This document shows positions 1 through 9,499 of a stretch of DNA of 32,000 bases, piece after piece (positions within the stretch are counted from its first letter, which is position 1; every line of letters starts with the position of its first letter). Where the stretch lies: contig NZ_BOPH01000050.1 in the NCBI RefSeq assembly GCF_016863655.1, positions 25,665 through 57,664 on the forward strand, written 5' to 3'. The stretch is from Virgisporangium ochraceum. GTDB lineage: Bacteria > Actinomycetota > Actinomycetes > Mycobacteriales > Micromonosporaceae. The notes below the pieces were generated by a model, which did no database searches, was not told the origin of the DNA, and saw nothing but the letters and a program-made list of their open reading frames with translations. Made by a program: the position numbers and the translations under genes.

Positions 1-948
1 CCAGCGCAGCCGGTGGGCGGCACGCACGACCAGCGCGGTCTTGCCGACGCCGGGTGGGCCGGCGACGGTGACGACGGGCATGCCGCCGATGCCGAGGAGG
101 TCGTCGATGCGGGCGAGGCCCGGGCCACGGCCGACGAAGTCGGCCACGTCCAGGGGGAGCTGGCACTCGACAGTCCAGGTGAAACGGGTGGCCGGCGTGG
201 CCGGGGAAGGGAGGGCGAGCACCGGGTCGCCGGTGAGCACGGCGCGGTGCAGGCGCTGCAGCTCGTCGCTCGGGTCGAGGCCCAGGTCGGAGGCCAGCTT
301 GCGGGACAGGTCCGCGTAGGCGTGCAGGGCGTCGGCCTGCCGCGACGAGCGGTAGAGCGCCAGCATGAGGTACCCCCACAGGCGCTCCCGCAGGGGGTGG
401 CGGCCGGTCAGGTCGGTCAGTTCGGAGACCAGGTCGGCGTGCTGACCGAGTGCGAGCCGCACGTCGATGAGGCTCTCCTGGGCGGCGAGCCGCTCCTCGG
501 CCAGCCGGGGTACCTCGTCACGCACGAGGGTCTCGGCGGTCATCCCGGCCAGCGGCTCGCCCCGCCACAGGCCCAGGGCCTCGTCGAGCAGCCGGAGGCG
601 GCGTACCGGGTCCTCGGCCGGGTGGGCCTGCGTCACCAGGGCGCGGAAGCGCAGCAGGTCCAGCTGCCACTGGTCCACCTCGATGAGATAGCCGCTCTCG
701 CGCGTGCGCACGGCGTGGCCCTCGCCACCGAGCGCCAGCCGGAGCCGGGCGACGTTGGTCTGCACGGTGCGGCGCGGGTTGCCCGGCGGTCGCTCGCCCC
801 ACAGGCGCTCGACCAGCTCGTCGACCGACACCACGCGGTTGGGCTGGAGCAGCAGCGTGGCCAGCAGCGTGCGCGCCCGGGGCGTGCCGAGCTCGACGAC
901 CTGTCCGCGGTCGCGGGCCTCCAGCGGGCCGAGCACACGAAACTCCAT
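1..948 (-). CDS. SARP/BTAD-family transcriptional regulator with start of P-loop NTPase domain (partial, runs off left edge)
   Basis: Reverse translation gives MEFRVLGPLEARDRGQVVELGTPRARTLLATLLLQPNRVVSVDELVERLWG...PRRTVQTNVARLRLAL (wHTH), a BTAD region, then GGIGGMPVVTVAGPPGVGKTAL Walker A near the edge. Start codon CAT at 946-948. Not in the ORF track because it is open at the edge. Confidence 0.9.
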   Translation of the reverse strand, partial: MEFRVLGPLEARDRGQVVELGTPRARTLLATLLLQPNRVVSVDELVERLWGERPPGNPRRTVQTNVARLRLALGGEGHAVRTRESGYLIEVDQWQLDLLRFRALVTQAHPAEDPVRRLRLLDEALGLWRGEPLAGMTAETLVRDEVPRLAEERLAAQESLIDVRLALGQHADLVSELTDLTGRHPLRERLWGYLMLALYRSSRQADALHAYADLSRKLASDLGLDPSDELQRLHRAVLTGDPVLALPSPATPATRFTWTVECQLPLDVADFVGRGPGLARIDDLLGIGGMPVVTVAGPPGVGKTALVVRAAHRLRW

Positions 949-1041
949 CGTGAGAGGAGACCAGCGAGGACCATCACGGGTTGCCAGTCGCAGAGAATTT
1001 CGAGCGCGCGACCGGGGCGGCCGCGCATAGTCTGCCGGGCG

Positions 1042-2238
1042 ATGACAGCACTCCTCCGGGCCAACCCCGCCTTTCGCCTCCTGTGGACCGCGCGCACCGC
1101 GAGCTACATCGGCGACTCGCTGGGTCTCGTGGCGTTGCTGATCTACCTCGAGGTCACCACCGGGCAGGCGCTGGCGGTCGCCACGTTGCTGATCGTCGTC
1201 GACTTCGTGCCCGGGCTGCTCGGACCGTTCACCGGCGCGGTCGGTGACCGGTTCGACCTCCGGCGGGTGCTCGTCGCCTGCGACGTGGCGCAGGGGCTGC
1301 TGACGCTCGCCGTCGCGGTGCTGCTGCCGCCGCTGCCGGTGCTGCTGCTCCTCGTCGGGCTGCGCGGGGTCGCCGCCCAGGTGTTCCAGCCGGCGTCGCG
1401 CAGTGCCGTGCCCGCGCTGGTCCCGGACAAGGACCTCGAAACGGCCAACTCGGCGCTGGGCGCCGGCACGTTCGGGCTGGAGGCGCTCGGACCGCTGCTC
1501 GCCGCGGCGCTGCTGCCCGTGCTCGACACGCGCGGGCTGCTGTTCCTCGACGCGGCCACGTTCGGCCTCTCGGCCGTGCTGCTCGCGCTCCTCCCGCCGC
1601 TGCCGCGCGAGCCCACGGAGAAGACCTTCGGAGCCGGGACCCGCGAGGGCGTCGCGTACATCTGGCGCACCCCGGTCGTCCGGGCGATCGGGCTCGGGTT
1701 CGTCGCCGTGGTCGCGTTCAGCGGAGTGGACGACGTGGCGCTGGTGTTCCTCGGCCGCGACGCGCTCGGAGCGGGCGACGCCGGAACCGCCCTGCTCTAC
1801 GCGGGCATCGGCATCGGGCTGGCCGTCGGATACGTCCTGCTGGCCCGGTACGGGGCGAAGGTCGGCAGCCTCACCCTCATCGTCGCCGGCTTCGCCATCA
1901 GCAGCGCCGGCAATCTGCTCACCGGGCTGGCGTGGGCGGTGGGTGCCGCGCTCGCGCTGCAGACCGTGCGGGGACTGGGCGTCGCGGCGCTCGACGTCGG
2001 CGTCAACACGCACGTGCAGCGGGTGGTGCCACCCGACCTGCTGGGCCGGGTGTTCGGCAACCTGTACGGAGCTGTGGGCGTCGCCGCCGGAGTGTCCTAT
2101 GTGCTCGGTGGGGTGCTGCTCGAACTGACCGGCGCCCGCACGACGTTCGTCGTCGCCGGCGCCGGCGGCCTGATCGCCACCGCGGCGACAGCGTTCGCGC
2201 TCGGAGCGCGGACGAAGCCGTCACGAACGCGACCGTAG
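1042..2238 (+). CDS. MFS transporter
   Basis: MTALLRANPAFRLLWTARTASYIGDSLGLVALLIYLEVTTGQALAVATLLI...; 10-12 hydrophobic helices, DRFDLRRVLV loop typical of MFS. True start is internal to the 13..2238 ORF. Confidence 0.88.
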   Translation: MTALLRANPAFRLLWTARTASYIGDSLGLVALLIYLEVTTGQALAVATLLIVVDFVPGLLGPFTGAVGDRFDLRRVLVACDVAQGLLTLAVAVLLPPLPVLLLLVGLRGVAAQVFQPASRSAVPALVPDKDLETANSALGAGTFGLEALGPLLAAALLPVLDTRGLLFLDAATFGLSAVLLALLPPLPREPTEKTFGAGTREGVAYIWRTPVVRAIGLGFVAVVAFSGVDDVALVFLGRDALGAGDAGTALLYAGIGIGLAVGYVLLARYGAKVGSLTLIVAGFAISSAGNLLTGLAWAVGAALALQTVRGLGVAALDVGVNTHVQRVVPPDLLGRVFGNLYGAVGVAAGVSYVLGGVLLELTGARTTFVVAGAGGLIATAATAFALGARTKPSRTRP

Positions 2239-3123
2239 CCATTGCGGGTCGAGGTCGGCCGGCGGCTCCGGTGCGCCCAGATCGCCCGGCTCGTACCCGG
2301 TCGGATAGCCGGGATACGTCCGGTTGCGGGCCTCCTGCGCCAACCGTGACACCTTCCGCGGCCGGACCACGCCCACCGTGCGTCCCCAGCCCAGGAGCCT
2401 GGCCCGCGCCTTCAGCGAGAAGCCGCCGACGGCCGTGACCCACCGCGGCGCCGGGCGGAAACCGAACGCGTTCAGCATCATCGGGTCCAGCATGCTGCGC
2501 ACCCCCAACCGGGCGAGCGGACGCAGGAACCGCGGGAACCACGAGGCGAACAACCCGACCGTGTACTCCCCCACCCGCCGGTTCGTCTCCGAGAACCGGA
2601 AATGCGAAGACTCGTACGCGGACTTGAAGGAACGGAACTCGACGAACGTCGACGGGATGTCGCGGATGCCCATCCGCCTGCCGACCTCGCGGTAGTAGTG
2701 GAAGGCGGCCAGCTTCTCGGCCTCGGTGAGCGGGCGCCAGCCGTACCGGTCGAGCCAGTCGACCGGGTCGTAGACGAACGTCGACAACACGTAGAGCATG
2801 TCGTCGTTGGAGATCGCGTACCGGCCGTGCATCCGGTTGACGACGCGCAGCGCCTCCTTGCCGCGCGGCGAGTCGTACCCGTGCGCGGCGATCTCGGCCA
2901 TCAGCAGCGCGGTGTCGTCGTAGCGGCGCTGCGGCCGGTCGCGGAACTCGCGCGTCGCGTCGAGAAGGGCCGAGATCGACGGGACGCAGTACGTGCGGAA
3001 AAGGGCGAACTCCAGTGCCCGCGTGTAGTCCCACGGGAACTCGTGGCCCGCCGAGATGCGGTAGATCTCCTCGTGGTCCTTCACCGGATCGAGCGCCGAG
3101 ATCCGGTCGACCCACACGTTCAT
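2221..3123 (-). CDS. DUF2236 / oxygenase MpaB-family protein
   Basis: MNVWVDRISALDPVKDHEEIYRISAGHEFPWDYTRALEFALFRTYCVPSISALLDATREF...DDTALLMAEI...RVVNRMHGRYAISNDDMLYVLSTFVYDPVDWLDRYGWR; pattern of the DUF2236 family. Confidence 0.8.
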   Translation of the reverse strand: MNVWVDRISALDPVKDHEEIYRISAGHEFPWDYTRALEFALFRTYCVPSISALLDATREFRDRPQRRYDDTALLMAEIAAHGYDSPRGKEALRVVNRMHGRYAISNDDMLYVLSTFVYDPVDWLDRYGWRPLTEAEKLAAFHYYREVGRRMGIRDIPSTFVEFRSFKSAYESSHFRFSETNRRVGEYTVGLFASWFPRFLRPLARLGVRSMLDPMMLNAFGFRPAPRWVTAVGGFSLKARARLLGWGRTVGVVRPRKVSRLAQEARNRTYPGYPTGYEPGDLGAPEPPADLDPQWLRSRS

Positions 3124-3125
3124 GG

Positions 3126-4259
3126 CTACACCCCCAGCGACCGCCCGATGACCTCTTTCATGATCTCCGTGGTGCCCCCGTAGATGGTCGCGATCCGCGA
3201 GTCGAGGTACGCCTTCGCGACCGGGTACTCCAGCATGTAGCCGTAACCGCCGTGCAGCTGCAGGCAGCGGTCGACGACCCGCTTCTGCAGCTCGGTGCAC
3301 CACCACTTGGCCATCGCGGCGGTCTCGGCGGTCAGCTCGGGCTCGGCGACGCACCGGTCGACGAACGTGCGCCCCAGCTCCAGCTCGGTCGCCATCTCGG
3401 CGAGCACGAACCGGTTGTGCTGGAACGACCCGATCGGCCGGCCGAACGCCTGCCGCTCCTTGCAGTAGGCCAGCGTCAGCTCGAACACCTTCTCGGCCGC
3501 CGCCAGCGCCGCGCACGCGATCGACAGCCGCTCGGCGGGCAGGTTGCGCATCAGGTAGAGGAACCCGGCGCCCTCCTCGCCCAGCAGGTTCGCCACCGGC
3601 ACGCGCACGTCGGCGAAGAACAGCTCGGCGGTGTCCTGCGCCTTCTGACCGATCTTCTCGAGGTTGCGGCCGCGGTCGAACCCCTCCATGCCGCGCTCGA
3701 CCACGAGCAGGCTGATGCCGCGGTGGCCGGCCTCCGGGTCGGTGCGCGCGACCACGATCACGAGGTCGGCCAGGATCCCGTTGCTGATGAACGTCTTTTG
3801 TCCATTGAGGACATAGTGGTCGCCGTCGCGGACGGCGGTGGTGCGGATGCCCTGCAGGTCGCTGCCGGCGCCGGGCTCGGTCATCGCGATCGCGGTGATG
3901 ATCTCGCCGCTGCAGAAGCCGGGCAGCCAGCGGCGCTTCTGCTCCTCGTTGGTGAGGTCGGTGAGGTACGGGCCGATGATGTCGTTGTGCAGCCCGAACG
4001 CCGGTCCGCTCGCACCGGCCCGGGCGGCCTCCTCGGTGAAGACGGCCGAGTAGCGCCGGTCCTTCACGCCCCCGCCGCCGTACTCCTCGTCGACGAAGAA
4101 CCCGAGGAGGCCGGCCCTACCCGCGGCGAGCCACACCTCGCGGTCGACCACACCGGCGGCCTCCCACCGTTCGTGGTGCGGCACGACCTCCTTGGCGAGG
4201 AACGTCCGCGCGAGCTCCCGGAACGCCTCGTGCTCCGGCTCGAAGATGGTCCTACGCAC
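3126..4259 (-). CDS. acyl-CoA dehydrogenase
   Basis: AIAMTEPGAGSDLQGIRTTAVRDGDHYVLNGQKTFISNG..., AERLSIACAALAAAEKVFELTLAYCKERQAFGRPIGSFQHNRF..., QLHGGYGYMLEYPVAKAYLDSRIATIYGGTTEIMKEVI. GTG start at 4257-4259. Confidence 0.95.
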   Translation of the reverse strand: MRRTIFEPEHEAFRELARTFLAKEVVPHHERWEAAGVVDREVWLAAGRAGLLGFFVDEEYGGGGVKDRRYSAVFTEEAARAGASGPAFGLHNDIIGPYLTDLTNEEQKRRWLPGFCSGEIITAIAMTEPGAGSDLQGIRTTAVRDGDHYVLNGQKTFISNGILADLVIVVARTDPEAGHRGISLLVVERGMEGFDRGRNLEKIGQKAQDTAELFFADVRVPVANLLGEEGAGFLYLMRNLPAERLSIACAALAAAEKVFELTLAYCKERQAFGRPIGSFQHNRFVLAEMATELELGRTFVDRCVAEPELTAETAAMAKWWCTELQKRVVDRCLQLHGGYGYMLEYPVAKAYLDSRIATIYGGTTEIMKEVIGRSLGV

Positions 4260-5406
4260 CCGATGCCTCCTCAATGGCGCCGCCGGTGATCCACGGTTCG
4301 ATGTCGTCGATGCCCCAGTCGACAAGCGCCGACCTGCTGTGCTCGCCCGGCAGCGGCGGTGGCAACCGGCGAATGGGCGTATCAGCGCCGCCTACGAAGC
4401 GGGGCGCGGGCGCGGGCTGCACGACGCCGTCGCGCTCCTCGTACGTGCCGCGGGCCACCAGGTGCGGGTCGTGCGGTGCCTCGGCGACCGACAGCACCGG
4501 TGCCACGCAGGCATCCGTGCCGCCGAACACCTTCGTCCACTCCTCGCGGGTCCGCGACGCGAAGACCGCGGCGATCCGCTCCCGCATCTCGGGCCAGCGG
4601 TGCAGCTCGTACTGCGTGGGGAAGTCGGGCCCGTCGAGGCCGAGCAGGCGCACCAGTTCGGCGAAGAACTGCGGTTCCAGCGCGCCGACAGCCATGTGAC
4701 CGCCGTCGGCCGTCTCGTACACGTCGTAGAACGGCGCGCCGGTGTCGAGCAGGTTGGCGCCGCGGGTGGGCGTCCACCGGCCGCCGGCCATGAGGCTGTA
4801 AACCATCGTGGTGAGGTGTGCGGCGCCGTCGACGATCGCGGCGTCGACCACCTGTCCGCGTCCCGTCGAGGCGACCTCGTGCAGTGCGGCCAGGATCCCG
4901 ACGACCAGATACAGCGAACCGCCGCCGAAGTCGCCGACCAGGTTGATCGGCACCTGCGGCGGACCGCCGGCCCGGCCGATCGGGTGCAGCGCGCCGGCGA
5001 CGCCGATGTAGTCGATGTCGTGGCCGGCCGAGTGCGCCAGCGGACCCTCCTGGCCCCAGCCGGTCATGCGCCCGTAGACCAGCTTCGGGTTGCGGGCCCA
5101 CACGTGCTCCGGGCCGACACCGAGCCGCTCGGCGACGCCGGGCCGCCAGCCCTCGATGAGCACGTCGGCCCGCTCGGCGAGGGCGAGCACCACCTCGGCG
5201 CCCCGCGGGTGCTTCAGGTCGACGGCCACCGACCGCTTGCCGCGGTTGAGCAGGTTGAGACGCGGGTCGCCGGTGATCGGCGACACCGGGCCGGGCCGGT
5301 CGACCCGGACGACGTCGGCGCCCAGGTCGGCCAGGTGCATCGCCGCGAACGGACCCGGACCGATGCCGGCCAGTTCCACCACGCGAAGTCCGGCCAACGG
5401 CGCCAT
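4252..5406 (-). CDS. CaiB/BaiF family CoA transferase (alpha-methylacyl-CoA racemase-like)
   Basis: MAPLAGLRVVELAGIGPGPFAAMHLADLGADVVRVDRPG...LNRGKRSVAVDLKHPRGAEVVLALAERADVLIEGWRPGVAERLGVGPE...GRMTGWGQEGPLAHSAGHDIDYIG; overlaps the ACAD start by 8 bp. Confidence 0.93.
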   Translation of the reverse strand: MAPLAGLRVVELAGIGPGPFAAMHLADLGADVVRVDRPGPVSPITGDPRLNLLNRGKRSVAVDLKHPRGAEVVLALAERADVLIEGWRPGVAERLGVGPEHVWARNPKLVYGRMTGWGQEGPLAHSAGHDIDYIGVAGALHPIGRAGGPPQVPINLVGDFGGGSLYLVVGILAALHEVASTGRGQVVDAAIVDGAAHLTTMVYSLMAGGRWTPTRGANLLDTGAPFYDVYETADGGHMAVGALEPQFFAELVRLLGLDGPDFPTQYELHRWPEMRERIAAVFASRTREEWTKVFGGTDACVAPVLSVAEAPHDPHLVARGTYEERDGVVQPAPAPRFVGGADTPIRRLPPPLPGEHSRSALVDWGIDDIEPWITGGAIEEASGA

Positions 5407-5462
5407 GCCCACCTCCGTAGATTTGATATTTGATACCGTAGCTCCCGCCGGGAGGAGGGGCA

Positions 5463-6110
5463 ATGAGACCGCAGCTATCCGACGAGGTGGCGGGGCACCT
5501 GCGCTCGCAGATCATGTCCGGTCGGCTCCGCCCGGGTGAGCGCATCCGTCTGGAGGAGGTCGCCGAGCAGGTCGACGTCAGCATCACCCCGGTGCGCGAG
5601 GCCCTCCTCACGCTGCGCGGCGAGGGCATGGTCGAGCTGGAGCCGCGCCGCGGCTACGTGGTGGCGCCCATGTCCCGGCAGGACATCCTCGACGTGTTCA
5701 CCCTGCAGGGCGACATCGCCGGCGAGCTGGCGGCCCGGGTCGCCGCGAAGGTCACGGCCGACGAGCTCGCCGAGCTGTCCACACTGGACCGCAAGCTCGG
5801 CACCGCCACCCGGGCCCGCCGCGTCACCGACATCGAGCGCCTGGAGTTCGAGTTCCACCGGGCCGTCAACCGCGTCGCCGACGCGCGGAAGCTCTCCTGG
5901 TTCCTGTACACGGCCACCCGCTACACGCCGGCGCGGTTCCTGTCCTCCGACCCCGGCTGGCGGTCGGCGATGCGCACCGACCACGAGGCGCTGCTCGCCG
6001 CGCTGCGCGCGGGCGACCCGCCGGCCGCCCGCGCCGTCATGAGCCGCCACTTCACCGACGGCGCCGACCGGCTGGTGAAGCACCTCGACGATCTCGGCCT
6101 CTGGAGCTAG
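5463..6110 (+). CDS. GntR family (FCD domain) transcriptional regulator
   Basis: LSDEVAGHLRSQIMSGRLRPGERIRLEEVAEQVDVSITPVREALLTLRGEGMVELEPRRGYVVAPMSRQDILDVFTLQGDIAGELAARVA; classic GntR wHTH plus FCD helices. Confidence 0.92.
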   Translation: MRPQLSDEVAGHLRSQIMSGRLRPGERIRLEEVAEQVDVSITPVREALLTLRGEGMVELEPRRGYVVAPMSRQDILDVFTLQGDIAGELAARVAAKVTADELAELSTLDRKLGTATRARRVTDIERLEFEFHRAVNRVADARKLSWFLYTATRYTPARFLSSDPGWRSAMRTDHEALLAALRAGDPPAARAVMSRHFTDGADRLVKHLDDLGLWS

Positions 6111-7327
6111 ATCCCCGCCAGAAAGGCCAGCACGCGACGGTGGGCGTCGGCCCGTGCCGCCGCGGTGGCCGCCGGCGTGCCGCCGTACTCGAACGTCACC
6201 GCCGGCCCCGGCCCGGTCGACTCCGTGGTCGGCCCGTACGGCGGCGCCGCAACCAGATGACCGGCATCCGGATAGACGATGTGTTCGAACGGGCGGCCGT
6301 GCGCCGCGAGCCGGTCGGCCGCGATCCGGTGGTAGGCCGGCCCGTACCCGCCATCGTCCTCTGTGGACAGGAGCAGCACCGGCCCACCGATGCGCTCGAC
6401 CGGGATCGTCGCGGCGTCGAGGACGTCGAGTGCCAGTCCCGGTTCGAACGCGTCGCGCAGGCGCACCGGCAGCCCGTCGGCGACGGCCTTCTCCAGCGCC
6501 GGCGTGACCACGTTCGGCACGTACGGCAGCGGCTCGCCGCCACGCGTCCAGTTGGGCACCGGCGTGTTCATGATGTCGAGGAACGACCCCGTGAACACGC
6601 TCTGGTCGATGCCCTGCGTCATCACGCCGCTGCCGACGATGCTCACCACGCCCGCGATCTCCGGGTACTCCGCGCCGGCCACGAGCGCCGCCTCGCCGCC
6701 CTTCGACCCGCCGGCGAACACCACCCGCCCGGGGTCGACCGCCGGCGCCCCGCGCAGATACGCCAGCGCCCGCCCGAAATACTCCACCGGGATGTTCGTC
6801 ATCGTCGATGGCCGGCCCGGCGCACCGTAGACCGCCAACGCGAACGCCGCGTAGCCGTGGGCGGCGAACAGCGCGGCGTCCTCCTCGTGGAGGCCGCCCT
6901 CGGAGCCCGCGAGGAGCACCACCGTCGTCAGACCCGTCGCGCCGGCCGGGTGGTACAGCACGCCGTACAGGTCGCCGTCCGTCACCTCCGTACGCTCCAG
7001 GCCGGCCGGGATCCGTTGCCGCACAACGGTTGCGGAGGCATCGCCGGCGGTCAACGTCAGCTCGACCGGCCCGCCGCCGCCCGCGGCGCCCACCCGCCGC
7101 ATCGACCACACCGGCCCCATCGGGTCGACGCCCTCGTACGAGCCGTCGGTCGGAGCGTCGCGGCCCACGTCGACGGTGCCGGCGTCGTCGGCGGTGAAAA
7201 CCATATGTGACGCCCAACCCGGCTGCTCGGCGCGAAGACGGACACGTTCGCCCGGCGGGAAGCCGGTGAGCCGGATCCGCAACTCGGTGTCGAGAGCGGG
7301 TTGGTCGGGGGTGATGTCGATCCGCAT
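6107..7327 (-). CDS. acyl-CoA thioester hydrolase/BAAT C-terminal domain protein (alpha/beta hydrolase)
   Basis: N-terminal beta domain PALDTELRIRLTGFPPGERVRLRAEQ...VWSMRRVG, then VVLLAGSEGGLHEEDAALFAAHGYAAFALAVYG...PVRVVFAGGSKGGEAALVAGAEYPEIAGVV (nucleophile elbow GGSKGG), ...GHLVAAPP. Confidence 0.85.
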   Translation of the reverse strand: MRIDITPDQPALDTELRIRLTGFPPGERVRLRAEQPGWASHMVFTADDAGTVDVGRDAPTDGSYEGVDPMGPVWSMRRVGAAGGGGPVELTLTAGDASATVVRQRIPAGLERTEVTDGDLYGVLYHPAGATGLTTVVLLAGSEGGLHEEDAALFAAHGYAAFALAVYGAPGRPSTMTNIPVEYFGRALAYLRGAPAVDPGRVVFAGGSKGGEAALVAGAEYPEIAGVVSIVGSGVMTQGIDQSVFTGSFLDIMNTPVPNWTRGGEPLPYVPNVVTPALEKAVADGLPVRLRDAFEPGLALDVLDAATIPVERIGGPVLLLSTEDDGGYGPAYHRIAADRLAAHGRPFEHIVYPDAGHLVAAPPYGPTTESTGPGPAVTFEYGGTPAATAAARADAHRRVLAFLAGI

Positions 7328-7389
7328 GCCTCGACCGTACGATGAAAGCCCGACCGCGCTATGTCGGTCTTTCGCGTGGGGGTGGAACG

Positions 7390-7788
7390 GTGCCGAGACT
7401 GGTGGGTCCGGGCAACAAGGCCGGCTTCGTGCAGCTGCACCAGGCCCTGCCGCTGATCGAACGCCAGCACGCGCTCATCGAGGAGCTGCGCGCCCGCGCA
7501 CCGCGGTACGTGCCCGGACGCGACCTCGCGCTGCGCACCGGAACCACCGTGCGTACGGTCGAGCGCGACATCGCCCGGCTCGTCGAGGCCGGCGTTCCCG
7601 TCCGGGTCCGGCGCGGACGCGGTGGCGGCTACCGCATCGACGCGCGGCGCGAGCTGCCACCGCTCACGTTCACCCCGGGCGAGGCGTCGGCGATCCTCGC
7701 ATCGCTGGTGGCCGTGGGGCCCTACATCTCCGCGTCGGCGCAGTCGGCGCTGGGCAAGCTGCTCGACGCGCTCACGGTCCCTTCCTGA
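7390..7788 (+). CDS. HTH (YafY/DeoR-like) DNA-binding transcriptional regulator
   Basis: VPRLVGPGNKAGFVQLHQALPLIERQHALIEELRARAPRYVPGRDLALRTGTTVRTVERDIARLVEAGVPVRVRRGRGGGYRIDARRELPPLTFTPGEASAI; GTG start preferred over ATG 7342, which lies inside an inverted repeat. Confidence 0.75.
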   Translation: MPRLVGPGNKAGFVQLHQALPLIERQHALIEELRARAPRYVPGRDLALRTGTTVRTVERDIARLVEAGVPVRVRRGRGGGYRIDARRELPPLTFTPGEASAILASLVAVGPYISASAQSALGKLLDALTVPS

Positions 7789-9424
7789 ACCGCGACCCGT
7801 CACGGAACAGCTCCTCGATCCGGGGCGGGATCACGTTGTCCACGTAGGACAGTTCCCAGTCGCGGTTCCACGACCCGCTGGTACCGAACCGCCACCGCCC
7901 GTCGAGACCCGGCCGGCCGTCGCCGCGCGACACCGTGAACTCGACCCGGCCCTCCGGGTTCTGCCCCGCGGTGCCGGTCTCGACCTGGTTCCACCACCCC
8001 ACGAGCTTGTCCTCTTCGAGCTCGGCGTACACCCGGCCGTCCTTGAACGTGTAGACCATGCGGAACACGCCGTCGTCGGTCTTGATGTAGCAGTCGCCGT
8101 ACACGGAGCTGGTCCAGTGCCCGGCGAGGCTGTCGAGGATCCGCCGCTGGTCGGCGGTGAGCGCGGACGCGCCCGCCGGCCGGTCGAGGTAGCGGTAGAC
8201 GCCGTAGCCCGCCCCGCCCAGCAGAACCAGGAGCACCGCCGCGCCGACGAGCAACCGCGCCGGCCAGTTCACCCCGCCCGCCGGCGCCGCGGCCGCCGGA
8301 GCCGCCGGGGTCGTTCGGTCCGTCCGGGTCGGCCGGGTCGGTCGGGGCGCCGCGGCCGCCTGCGACCGATCCGGTGGCCGCGGCTGTGCCCGCGTCCGTT
8401 CCGCCGGGTCCGGAACCGACAGCAACGCGCCCTCGGCGACCGTCAGCTCCGGCTGGTCGGCCATGTGCGGCGCCATTCCCGTGGCCCGGTGCAGCATCGT
8501 GCCCGCCAACGGGATCCGGCTGCCGCCGCCGACCATGAGCACCGCCGCGACCTCGGTGCCCGCGAACCGCATCGCCGACAGCGTGGTGTGCACCGTCCGC
8601 GCCAGCAACGGCTGCACCACCGCCTCGAACTCGTCGCGGGTCACGTGGGCGTCGAGGCCGATCGACGCGTTGCGCAGGGCCACCGTCGACGTGGTCGACA
8701 GCATCTCCTTGGCGACGCGCACCTCGTCCCGCAGCGCCTGCCGCGCCTGGAGGTCGACCGGCTCCGGGTGGCCGCCGTGGTCGCGCACGTGCGTCGCGAG
8801 GGCCTCGTCGAGGTCGATGCCGCCCACGTCGTCGAGGCCGTCGAACGCGGCGGCCTCGTAGCCGGACGCGCCGCGCACGACCACGCCGACGTCGAACGTC
8901 CCGGCGCCGAGGTCGTACACCACGACCGACCGGCCGACCGGGATCGCGTCCTCGTACCGGGACGCGGCCGCCACCGGCTCCGGCACCATCGCGGGCTCGG
9001 TGATCCCGGCGCGGCGGGCGGCTTCGGCGAGCACGGCCCGCCGGGGCGCGGCCCACCCGGCCGGGTAGGTCACCGCGGTGCGCGGCACCGGTCCCGACGT
9101 GATCTTCACCGCGGCCGCGACGACGCGCTCCAGCACCGCGGCGAACATGTCGACGACCGCGACTTCGCGACCGCCGAGGAGCACCGCGTACTCGTCGACC
9201 CGGCGCTTCGGGTTCGGCTCCAGCCGCGCCGGGTCGAACCGCCCGTGGTGGAGTGCGTCCCGCCCCGTCTCCAGTCGCCCCAACCCCGGCGCGAACACCG
9301 CCGACGGCAGCAGCGGCGAGCCGTCGAACAGGAGCGGTTGCATGCGGCCGGTCGGCCATCGCAGCACGGCGACCGTGCTCGATGTCCCGAAGTCGATCCC
9401 CAACGCGTAATGGCCCGTAGCCAT
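7772..9424 (-). CDS. Hsp70-family protein: actin-like ATPase domain + transmembrane helix + extracytoplasmic C-terminal domain
   Basis: ALGIDFGTSSTVAVLRWPTG, VVVYDLGAGTFDVGVVV, AAVLMVGGGSRIPLAG (Hsp70 signatures), then PPDRSQAAAAPRPTRPTRT linker, LLVGAAVLLVLLGGAGYGVYRYL TM helix, and a ~120 aa C-terminal domain. Confidence 0.88.
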   Translation of the reverse strand: MATGHYALGIDFGTSSTVAVLRWPTGRMQPLLFDGSPLLPSAVFAPGLGRLETGRDALHHGRFDPARLEPNPKRRVDEYAVLLGGREVAVVDMFAAVLERVVAAAVKITSGPVPRTAVTYPAGWAAPRRAVLAEAARRAGITEPAMVPEPVAAASRYEDAIPVGRSVVVYDLGAGTFDVGVVVRGASGYEAAAFDGLDDVGGIDLDEALATHVRDHGGHPEPVDLQARQALRDEVRVAKEMLSTTSTVALRNASIGLDAHVTRDEFEAVVQPLLARTVHTTLSAMRFAGTEVAAVLMVGGGSRIPLAGTMLHRATGMAPHMADQPELTVAEGALLSVPDPAERTRAQPRPPDRSQAAAAPRPTRPTRTDRTTPAAPAAAAPAGGVNWPARLLVGAAVLLVLLGGAGYGVYRYLDRPAGASALTADQRRILDSLAGHWTSSVYGDCYIKTDDGVFRMVYTFKDGRVYAELEEDKLVGWWNQVETGTAGQNPEGRVEFTVSRGDGRPGLDGRWRFGTSGSWNRDWELSYVDNVIPPRIEELFRDGSRFRKGP

Positions 9425-9499
9425 GCAGTGAGCTTAAGGGCCGCGGCAAGTGGGCCGTTCGGCTGCGACGGAGCGGCCGATCGAGTGATACCGATGGAG

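Noticed and set aside
13-1041. N-terminal 343 aa of the 741-aa ORF as part of the MFS protein
   Set aside because: It overlaps the well-supported antisense SARP regulator; MFS homology starts at MTALLRANPAFRLLW (1042).
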